Part shown: one piece after another, positions 1 to 9,000 of the stretch | Numbering within the stretch: the first letter of the stretch is position 1 | Layout of the letters: each line of letters begins with the position of its first letter | Assembly (NCBI GenBank): GCA_002269645.1 | Contig: NIVC01001342.1 | Span: 186,001 to 250,000, forward strand | Length of the DNA stretch: 64,000 bases | Direction of reading: 5' to 3' | Source: Macrostomum lignano | Lineage: Eukaryota | Notes under the pieces: generated by a model | Seen by the model: only the letters and a program-made list of their open reading frames with translations | Told to the model about the DNA's origin: nothing | The model's database searches: none | Translations under genes and position numbers: made by a program

Positions 1-2842
1 GCGGGGCTCGGTGACCGTCGCGCCGGACGAACACGAACGGGCAGGCATCGAGTGCGGCGGGCCAGGCGGTCGGGCGGCAGCCGTGATGCGCCGTGGGTGT
101 CGGCCGGAACGCCTGGACTGCGTCGCGGAGCCGAACGAGAAACTGGTCGTGGCCTTCGGTTGCCGGGCCGGGCTGCAGGCACTCGCCGGGCACGCAGAGG
201 GGCGCTCCGTAAACCAGCTCAGCCGACGATGCCGGCAGGTCCTCCTTGGGCGCCGTCCGGATGCCGAGCAGCACCCAGGGCAGCTCGCTGACCCAGGCCG
301 GTCCCGTCAGCCGCGCCCTGAGGGCGGCCTTCAGCTGCCGATGGAACCGCTCGACCAGCCCGTTCGCCTGCGGATGGAAGGCCGTAGTCCGGTGCAGCTG
401 CATGCCGAGCAGCCGGGAGACGTTGGACCAGAGCTGCGACGTGAACTGCGAGCCGCGGTCCGAGGTGAGGTCACCCGGCACGCCAAATCGGGCAACCCAG
501 TGGGCGATGAAGGCGGAGGCACAGGCTGCGGCGGAAGTGTCAGTCATCGGGATCGCCTCTGGCCACCTGGTGAATCGGTCAACGATCGTCAGCAGATGCG
601 TAAAGCCTTGAGACGACGGCAGCGGCCCCACCAAGTCGACATGCACGTGGGCGAAGCGCTGGTCTGGGACGCGAATGCTCTCTACCGGGGCGGTGACGTG
701 CCGATGCACCTTGGCCGTCTGGCAGGCTACGCAAGTGCGCGCCCACCGGATGACGTCCCGGTTCATGCCAGCCCACACGAATTTGGCGGCCACGAGGCGC
801 CGCGTGCTGCGGACTGACGGGTGGGCGAGGCCATGGATGGCGTCGAAGACGGCGCGGCGGAAATCCGGAGGCACCAGCGGGCGCGGCCGGCCGGTCGAGA
901 TGTCGCACAGCAGGGCGACGCCAGGGCTGAGCTGCAGCGGCTCGAGCTGAAGGCTAGCGTCCTCTTGGGCAGTCGGGTCTGCTGTCTGCGCCTGCGCCAT
1001 GGCCGCGAAGTCCACACCGGGTAGCAGCCGGGGCTGTACCGAGGCGATCGTGCAGCGGGACAGCGCGTCCGCCACCGGGTTGTCCTTGCCCGCCACGTGC
1101 TGGACATCGGTGGTGAACTCAGACACGTACGCCAGATGCCGCTGCTGTCGTGCTGACCACGGGTCCGACATCTTAGACATGGCCGCGACGAGTGGCTTGT
1201 GGTCCGTGAAGGCGGTGAAGGCGCGGCCCTCGAGCGCGTAGCGGAAATGCCGGACCGCCAGGTACAGGGCAAGCAGCTCACGGTCGAACGCGCTGTACTT
1301 CTGCTCAGGCGCTCGGAGCTGCCGGCTGAAGAAAGCGAGTGGCTGCCACGCGCCGCCCACCCGCTGCTCGAGCGCTGCGCCGACGGCGGTGTCCGAGGCG
1401 TCGACAGTGAGGGCGATGGGCGCGTCCGCCCGCGGGTGCGCCAACAGTGCGGCGAAAGCCAGTGCCCGCTTAGCTCCTTCGAAGGCGGCAGTCAGCTCGG
1501 GTGTCCACCTCACGAGCTTCTCCTTGCCAGCAGTGGCCGCATGGATGGGGCGCAGCAGCTGGGCGGCGCGCGGCACGAAGCGGTGGTAGAAATTCACCAT
1601 GCCGGCGAACTCCTGCAGGCCCTTGACGGTGGCTGGCGGTGCGAAACTGGCGATGGCGTCGACTTTGGCGGGCAGCGGCACGGCTCCCTGGGCGCTGATC
1701 CGGTGGCCGAGGAAGTCGATCTCACTGCGGCCGAACTCGCACTTCGCCGGGTTGATGATCAGACCGTTGTCCGCCAGGCGCTGGAACAGCGTGCGCAGGT
1801 GCTCCAGGTGCTGCTGCGGGCTGCGGCTGGCGACTAGGAAATCGTCAATGTAGGCGAAAACGAAGTCGAGATCCTGGCAGACGGAGTCCACCAACCGCTG
1901 GAAGGCCTGGGCGGCGTTCTTGAGCCCGAACGGCATTCACAGGAACTCGAAGAGGCCGAACGGGGTGATGACGGCGGTCTTGGGCACATCGGCCGCAGCC
2001 ACGGGCACTTGGTGGTAGCCGCGAACCAGGTCGATCTTGGAGAAGACCGAGCAGCCGGCCAGGCGAGCTGAAAAGTCCTGAATATGCGGCACCGGGTAGC
2101 GGTCGGGCACCGTGGCGTCGTTGAGCCGCCTGAAATCGCCGCAGGGACGCCAGCCACCCGAGGCCTTGGGCACCATGTGCAGCGGTGAGGACCACGGGCT
2201 GTTGGACCGGCGCACGATGCCGAGCTGCTCCAGGAGCCGGAACTCCTCCTTGGCCACCGCCAGCTTGTCCGGCGGCAGGCGGCGAGGGCGGGCGTGGACC
2301 GGCGGGCCCTGCGTCGGGATGTGGTGCTCCACCCCGTGCCGTGGCGCAGCCCGCTGGAAACTGGGCTCGGTGAGAGCGGGGAACTCGGCCAACAGCTGGC
2401 TGTACGGGTCCGCGGTGGCAGCCGCGGCGAGCTGCAGACCAGGCCCGATGCCGTCCAGCAGGTGCACGCTGGCGAGCGAGCAAGCGTCCAGGAGCCGCCG
2501 GTGCGGCAGGTCCACCAGCAGGCCGTGGTGGCGGAGGAAGTCCGCGCCGATCAGCGGGCGCGAGACTTCGGCCAAGACGAACGGCCAGGAGCAGCGCTTG
2601 ATGCCGAGGTCGAGCGTGAGCTGCCGGGAGCCGAAGGTGCGTATCAGGCTGCCATTGGCTGCGTAAAGCGGCGGGCCAGTGGACCGCAGGCGTGCATCGG
2701 TGCCAGTGACAGGGAAGATGCTGACCTCGGCGCCCGTGTCGACCAGAAAGCGCCGGCCCGTCAACACATCGGGAATGAGCAACAGGTTGCTGTTGTTGCC
2801 GGCCGCCGAGCTGTTCACTGACGGCCGGCCTGCCCGTTTCCC
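1..2842 (-). pseudogene. pol: Pol polyprotein (PR-RT-RH-IN), -1 frame relative to gag, with one in-frame TGA at 1937-1939
   Basis: Manual translation gives FGLFEFL*MPFGLKNAAQAFQR..YIDD. The same frame continues through RNase H and integrase to base 1 (FVFVRRDGHRAP). The 1936->1 part is absent from the ORF track because it has no stop inside the window. Confidence 0.92.
2781..2842 (-). promoter_or_regulatory. -1 programmed ribosomal frameshift signal (G GGA AAC + stem-loop/pseudoknot)
   Basis: Slippery heptamer GGGAAAC (2842-2836) in the gag frame, 6-nt spacer, then a 10-bp stem GCCGGCCGTC/GGCGGCCGGC. Loop AACAG can pair with downstream CTGTT. Confidence 0.8.
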
Positions 2843-3537
2843 TGGAAGCTGCAGGGTGCCTCGCAGCGATGGGCCTTCGCGCCGAACCGGCGATGATAAA
2901 AGCACAGCCCGCTGTCCTGACCGCGCTGTGGGGGCCGATGCTGCCGGGCCGGGCGGCTGCTCCTGCTGGCCGAAGCCACCGCCGGCTGGTCAGGCGGTGG
3001 GGAGGTCGCCACCGCTGGCTGCTGGACGGAGGCAGCGGTGAACTGCGGCCTGCTGGCCCACAGCCTGTCGGCGAGCTGCGCTGCTTGCCGAGGCTCCGCG
3101 AAGTCGGCGGTTGCCATGGCCATGCGCACGTCCGGCGGCAGCTGCTGGCGGAACAACTCTTCGAAGAGCAGGCACGGTGGGTGGTCTCCCAGCAGGGCGA
3201 GCATCTCATCCATGAGTTCTGAGGGCCGCCGATCACCGAGGCCGGTCATGTTGAGCAGGCGACTGGCTTTCTGCTGCCTCGTCAAGTCGAAGGTGCCTTT
3301 GAGACGTTGCTTCAGCGTCTCGTACTTGCCCTCTGCTGGGGGAGCCTCTAAAATGTCGAGGAGGCATTCAGCCGTTTGCTGGTCGAGCGCTGCCACCAAG
3401 TAGTTGTACTTGGTCGCATCTTGCGTGATTCCGCGCAGAGAAAACTGGGCTTTGGCTTGAATGAACCATGCGTGGGGTTGAGCTGCCCAAAACTTGGGCA
3501 GTTTGAGAGAGACAGCTGCCTCTGTGTTGGAAGCCAT
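2815..3537 (-). CDS. gag: Retrotransposon Gag (240 aa) with C-terminal Cys/His knuckle
   Basis: ATG at 3537. [21 protein letters not shown] and the [18 protein letters not shown] knuckle are typical of this Gypsy Gag type. Confidence 0.9.
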   Translation of the reverse strand: MASNTEAAVSLKLPKFWAAQPHAWFIQAKAQFSLRGITQDATKYNYLVAALDQQTAECLLDILEAPPAEGKYETLKQRLKGTFDLTRQQKASRLLNMTGLGDRRPSELMDEMLALLGDHPPCLLFEELFRQQLPPDVRMAMATADFAEPRQAAQLADRLWASRPQFTAASVQQPAVATSPPPDQPAVASASRSSRPARQHRPPQRGQDSGLCFYHRRFGAKAHRCEAPCSFQGNGQAGRQ

Positions 3538-3549
3538 TGTAGGAAATAG

Positions 3550-3566
3550 CTATGTCAGGCTCACCA
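3550..3566 (-). promoter_or_regulatory. Primer-binding site
   Basis: TGGTGAGCCTGAC directly after the LTR and just upstream of the gag ATG. The priming tRNA was not determined. Confidence 0.7.
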
Positions 3567-3567
3567 A

Positions 3568-3827
3568 TTTAGCGCCTTGCGAAAACGAAGTAAGTTGCAA
3601 GCGAGAAAAGTGAAAGTTTATTTGCTTTACGCGGTGTGTATAAATAAGCACGCGATCACATGGGAGGTGCGCCAAAAAGGTGGCACGATTGAAGGCCAAC
3701 CCCCCCCCCCCCCGACTTAGCATACTGACTGTCTGCCCGAGTACACCCACCCCCCAGCCTGGCGGGCAGGGGGTTTCAGTGCAGATGTACTCGCAATCGC
3801 TGGCTGCGTGCTGATTGGGCCGCCACA
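3568..3827 (-). repeat. 5' LTR (~260 bp)
   Basis: The minus strand begins TGTGGCGGCC at 3827, contains AATAAA (~3618-3623), and ends GGCGCTAAA (imperfect inverted terminus) one base before the TGG of the PBS. The partner LTR is outside the window. Confidence 0.75.
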
Positions 3828-4194
3828 ATATTTAATAATAGTCATTCCTCAATAAATTGTCTTATCACACGCAACCGACTTTTTATTTTAGTTAACAAAC
3901 ATTAAATATTAAAACATTTTAGGAATGAAAAGATAAAGTAAAAATGTTATTAATATGCAGAAAATATGAATGTATATAGTTCATAAAATTATCAAATAAA
4001 ATTAAGTTGTTAAAGAATCAATAAAATGGAACTAAGGATGGGGTGTACAATTAAGAAGGAATTAATTTAATACACCCACGGCCCCTGTCTGGATGGAATA
4101 AATTAATAAATCATAAATCATCCAATTAAACGAATAAGTCATCCACTAAATTATGCAGTTCGGAAACTAAAACACTCTTCTTATCCAATGTTCA

Positions 4195-6000
4195 ATTCGT
4201 ATATAACATGCATCATATTTCTAGGAAATATTCCGGAATTCGGAGACGGGACGGGAGCTCTGACTGGTTGACCTGGGGTGACGCAGCTTCCCAACAGGTT
4301 GCATGGCTGCAGGCGGGCGCTCCTGACGAAGGGGTGCACAACTGCATTTCTTACCAGAAGCCAAATTCGAAACAAATTCTGGTTCCCATATTTTCGTTTT
4401 AATTCAGTTGAGCTGTCTTGTAATTTCAGCCATGTGACGATGTGTGGCCAAAAAGTAACGAGAGTTGCTGTTAAATTTTAAAATTTGAGCTTTTACTAAA
4501 ATTAATCGACGTCTCTTGAAGCTCGGCTTCTCAGTTTTTATAGGAAGCATTATTGTGTCGAAGTGTTTTGGTTTGCATACGAGAGAATTTTTTATTATTT
4601 TTCATTATAGCTGTCACGCCGCTGTGCCACAAAATCAGCAACCAGCATCTAATAAACACGAAGTTTTTGGTGAAACTCAGCAAGAAGCCATCGGAATGCC
4701 TCCAGCTGCTTCGTGAGGTGTATACGAGTACTTATAGAGATGATGCTACGTCTCTGGCGATTGTGCATGAGTGGCACCAGCGATTCCGGGATGGGCGGGA
4801 GAGCGTCAAAGACGGTGCCGAAGTTCTTCACTGACGATCAGAAACAGCTGCGATTGGACATCGAGACATCGAGACAGTTTTGGTCCAAAAGACGGTCGCA
4901 GAGTTGAGCCACCCACCTTATTCACCGGATATGACGACGTGTGATTTCCGACTCTTTCTTAAGGTGAACCAGGTCCTCAAAGGATACAGATTCGAAGCCT
5001 TGGACGCCATCAAGGAGATTGTGACAGGTCTTAAAGGATCCAGATTTGAAGCCTTGGGCGCCATCAAGGAGATTGTGACAGGGGTGCTGGGAGGCGTCAT
5101 AAAGGAGGTCTCCCAGGGCTGCTTCAGGAGCTGGCACCAGCGATTAAGGCGATGTGTTGAAAGTGGCAGCAAATTTCTTTGAAGGCTGCAGTTGACTGAA
5201 TTTGCATTTTTTTGTTCTGGAAGTTTTTGTAGCAGAATTTTCGTTACTTTTTGAAAACACCTCGTACATATAGGTAGCCGTCATAATCAAAATTTTTTAC
5301 TTTACGCTGTTGATACCAGTGAGTGCCAGTTAGTTTAACATTCTGTACATTTGGGAGGCTTGGCAAGGCTGCACAGAGCTTATGGAAAAAATCAACCTTC
5401 TGGCAGAATTATGGAGAATTTCAGCGATGTCCGGAGGGCTGGCGACAATTGCTTCTTGTTTGAGAATGAGCGCAAAAAAGTTAGCCCGCGCTCTTGACTT
5501 TCGTGTGCCTGCGTTGCTTCGCCGTTCTATAGCGAATATCAGGGGAAACAATGGCAATTGGCATTCCTACTGTCAGTAGTCTCTTTTTACAGAGATTTTT
5601 TATACGACGCTACTATGGCTCTGGAATTACCTTCTGTTATCAGTGTGAGAGCCAAATAACCAAGGCTGGTGGATTCGAATAACTTTACCTGATGACGCAA
5701 TCACGAGATGTTTGCTTTCAATCCGTTTATTTGGTGTGCGCAATCTCAGAGATGTTCACTTCCAGAGAATATAAAGGGAGTGTTCCAGGTAAGAGCTTCG
5801 ATTACGATTAATTAAAACTGGTTTCAGGATTCTCAATTTAGGGCGAACTGATAGCTCGATCTGATGGGGATCTGTTATCCTTTGTTAGGGTTTGATGGAT
5901 CAATTTGTTCTATCCAAGTGGTTAGCTACAGCTCATCATGAGATGCTGAATGAGTCAGTGGAATCAGCATCAGACCCATGGGATATGGAATAACAGAGAT
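4195..6000. repeat. Dispersed ~1 kb unit found downstream of the minus-strand cluster genes (partial copies ~15740-16130, ~23680-23860, ~30560-30780, ~41055-41695)
   Basis: Shared blocks: GCTCTGACTGGTTGACCTGGGG (4256/41120), GGGAGGCTTGGCAAGGCTGC (5352/41468), CGTGTGCCTGCGTTGCT (5501/23768/41618), CTACTATGGCTCTGGAAT (5610/15741/30570). Confidence 0.8.
4436..5266 (+). mobile_element. Internally deleted, degenerate Tc1/mariner element
   Basis: Imperfect TIRs GACGATGTGTGGCCAAAAAGTAACGAGA and TTTCGTTACTTTTTGAAAACACCTCGTA. Transposase relics: N-terminal HTH (INTKFLVKLSK..HEWHQRFRDGRESVKD) and C-terminal HPPYSPDMTTCDF. The catalytic core is missing. Confidence 0.85.
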
Positions 6001-6052
6001 TTTAATATTCATGCATCTCTTTTAGTTATTAGAGAGATACTGAATTCAGCAT

Positions 6053-9000
6053 TTAGAGTAAATAATTACGGCCTCCGGGAAGTGGGCGTTGGGATTCTCT
6101 TCCACGGCCACTGTCGCCAGCGCCTCCGCCTCGTGGGACGGAGTGACTCCCTCCACGGCCACTGTCGCCAGCGCCTCCGCCTCGTGGGACGGAGTGACTC
6201 CCTCCACGGCCACTGTCGCCAGCGCCTCCGACTCGTGGGACGGAGTGACTCCCTCCACGGCCACTGCCGCCAGCGCCTACGCTTTCTAGGATGGAGTGAC
6301 TCCCTCCACGGCCTCTGCCGCCAGCGCCTCCGCCTCGTTGGTCGAAGTGACTCCCTCCACGGCCTCTGCCGCCAGCGCCTCCGCCTCGTGGGACGGAGTG
6401 ACTCCCTCTGGCGCCAGCGCCTCTGCCTCGTGGGACGGAGTGACTCCCTCCACGGCCTCTGCCGCCAGCGCCTACGCTTTGTAGGATGGAGTGACTCCCT
6501 CCACGGCCTCTGCCGCCAGCGCCTCCGCCTCGTGGGACGGAGTGACTCCCTCTGGCGCCAGCGCCTCTGCCTCGTGGGACGGAGTGACTCCCTCCACGGC
6601 CTCTGCCGCCAGCGCCTACGCTTTGTAGGATGGAGTGACTCCCTCCACGGCCTCTGCCGCCAGCGCCTACGCTTTGTAGGATGGAGTGACTCCCTCCACG
6701 GCCTCTGCCGCCAGCGCCTCCGCCTCGTGGGACGGAGTGACTCCCTCTGGCGCCAGCGCCTCTGCCTCGTGGGACGGAGTGACTCCCTCCACGGCCTCTG
6801 CCGCCAGCGCCTACGCTTTGTAGGATGGAGTGACTCCCTCCACGGCCTCTGCCGCCAGCGCCTACGCTTTGTAGGATGGAGTGACTCCCTCCACGGCCTC
6901 TGCCGCCAGCGCCTACGCTTTGTAGGATGGAGTGACTCCCTCCACGGCCTCTGCCGCCAGCGCCTCCGCCTCGTTGGTCGAAGTGACTCCCTCCACGGCC
7001 TCTGCCGCCAGCGCCTCCGCCTCGTGGGACGGAGTGACTCCCTCTGGCGCCAGCGCCTCTGCCTCGTGGGACGGAGTGACTCCCTCCACGGCCTCTGCCG
7101 CCAGCGCCTACGCTTTGTAGGATGGAGTGACTCCCTCCACGGCCTCTGCCGCCAGCGCCTACGCTTTGTAGGATGGAGTGACTCCCTCCACGGCCTCTGC
7201 CGCCAGCGCCTACGCTTTGTAGGATGGAGTGACTCCCTCCACGGCCTCTGCCGCCAGCGCCTCCGCCTCGTGGGTCAAATTGACTTCCTCCACGGCCTCT
7301 GCCGCCAGCGCCTCCGCCTCGTGGGACGGAGTGACTCCCTCCACGGCCACTGCCGCCAGCGCCTACGCTTTCTAGGATGGAGTGACTCCCTCCACGGCCT
7401 CTGCCGCCAGCGCCTCCGCCTCGTTGGTCGAAGTGACTCCCTCCACGGCCTCTGCCGCCAGCGCCTCCGCCTCGTGGGTCAAAGTGACTCCCTCCACGGC
7501 CTCTGCCGCCAGCGCCTCCGCCTCGTGGGTCGAAGTGACTCCCTCCACGGCCTCTGCCGCCAGCGCCTCCGCCTCGTTGGTCGAAGTGACTCCCTCCACG
7601 GCCGCTGCCGCCAGCGCCTCCGCCTCGTGGGACGGAGTGACTCCCTCCACGGCCTCTGCCGCCAGCGCCTCCGCCTCGTGGGACGGAGTGACTCCCTCTG
7701 GCGCCAGCGCCTCCGCCTCGTGGGTCGAAGTGACTCCCTCCACGGCCTCTGCCGCCAGCGCCTACGCTTTGTAGGACGGAGTGACTCCCTCCACGGCCTC
7801 TGCCACCAGCGCCTCCGCCTCGTGGGTCAAAGTGACTTTCTCCACGGCCTCTGCCGCCAGCGCCTCCGCCTCGTGGGTCGAAGTGACTCCCTCCACGGCC
7901 TCTGCCGCCAGCGCCTCCGCCTCGTGGGTCAAAGTGACTCCCTCCACGGCCTCTGCCGCCAGCGCCTCCGCCTCGTTGGTCAAAGTGACTCCCTCCACGG
8001 CCTCTGCCGCCAGCGCCTCCGCCTCGTGGGTCGAAATGACTCCCTTCAAGGTCACTTTCGCCAGCGTCTTCGCCTCGTAGGATGGAGTGACTCCCTCCAC
8101 GGCGCCTGCGGCCAGCGCCTCCGCCTGGTGAGCCGTTGGGATTTCTTCCATCGCTATTCTCATTTTCCCGGTGCAGTACTAGGCGGGTCTCTTCAACGAA
8201 CTCGGTCGCTTTGTGCGCCAGTTCGTAGACACTCTTCGGAGCTTCAGTCGCAGTAAGCAATTCGTTCACGCTTCGCTCAAGTTCGTCAATATTAACTTGC
8301 AGCCTGTGCTTCTCCTCATTCACTGAACTGACCCATAGGATGATCCACGCTCCCTCTTCTGTTAGGATATTAAATTCTCTTCGTACAAAATAGTCGATTA
8401 ATTTCTGGTCCATATTGACGGTCGATTCAAAATTGTTTTCAAAATATTCTGTCACTTTTTCAATTGTGAGCTCGCTTGGATTTCGATTATAATGTTTTAA
8501 TTGGTCTCTTGGCTTAATAAAAGCACCAGTATCAGCATCTTGTCTTCTTTTGTAAGCGAAAGGAAAATATCGTGGAAGCCTAATTTTTTTAGCTGAATAA
8601 ATGAAATTTTTCCAAGCGTGGTCCAGGGCCCTGTGCGAGTTCTCCAGTGTCTGCTTGAGGAACTTCTTCTCTTGGTGGCGATCGGCTATGAGATGGTTCC
8701 GAGTGGCCGAGAGCAGTGCTTGACGTGGATACGGGTTCAGATCGAACTCCTCTTTCACCTTCTGGCAAATGTCCCGGAACTTAACTTCCGCTTCATTTAC
8801 TGCCTTTTCGTAGCTGTCCTGCATCGCTAGATCGAATTCCTCATCTGAACTCTGTAATTTTTTGTACAGCAACCTTTTCTTGATGAAGAAGGACGTTGAG
8901 CTTTTCCGCAGGTTCAGCAGCCGAGCAACCAGCTCATACTGATCCCTGTGGTGAAGTTTAGGATCGTTCCTCAGGCCCTGAAGAAACTTCAAAACTTGCT

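Larger units (their letters stand above)
1..3827 (-). mobile_element. Ty3/Gypsy LTR retrotransposon (5' LTR, PBS, gag, PR-RT-RH-IN pol); 3' end runs off the window
   Basis: Domain order gag, protease ([10 protein letters not shown]), RT (YIDD), RNase H (LTVDASD..DRELLA..TDHKPL), integrase (HHCC; VHVDLVGP; LTSDRGSQF; NGLVERFH) is the Ty3/Gypsy order. An LTR and PBS lie upstream of gag. Confidence 0.97.

Noticed and set aside
11-1837. Long plus-strand ORFs over the retrotransposon (11-817, 1199-1837 etc.)
   Set aside because: They are GC-rich antisense shadows of pol.
1937-1939. In-frame TGA in RT as programmed readthrough or selenocysteine
   Set aside because: It falls on a conserved Arg (CGA) in RT, and the element already uses a -1 frameshift, so a nonsense mutation is simpler.
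5593-5788. Resemblance of the flank-repeat exon to the PIWI C-terminal region (RFF...IT....F.L..QS)
   Set aside because: Only the spacing is similar. The NPxPGTVxD and P..Y motifs are absent, so it is not supportable without a profile search.
5950-8256. 768-aa plus-strand ORF (HGLCRQRLRLVGRSDSL repeats)
   Set aside because: It is the antisense shadow of gene A's 3n minisatellite and has no independent domain content.
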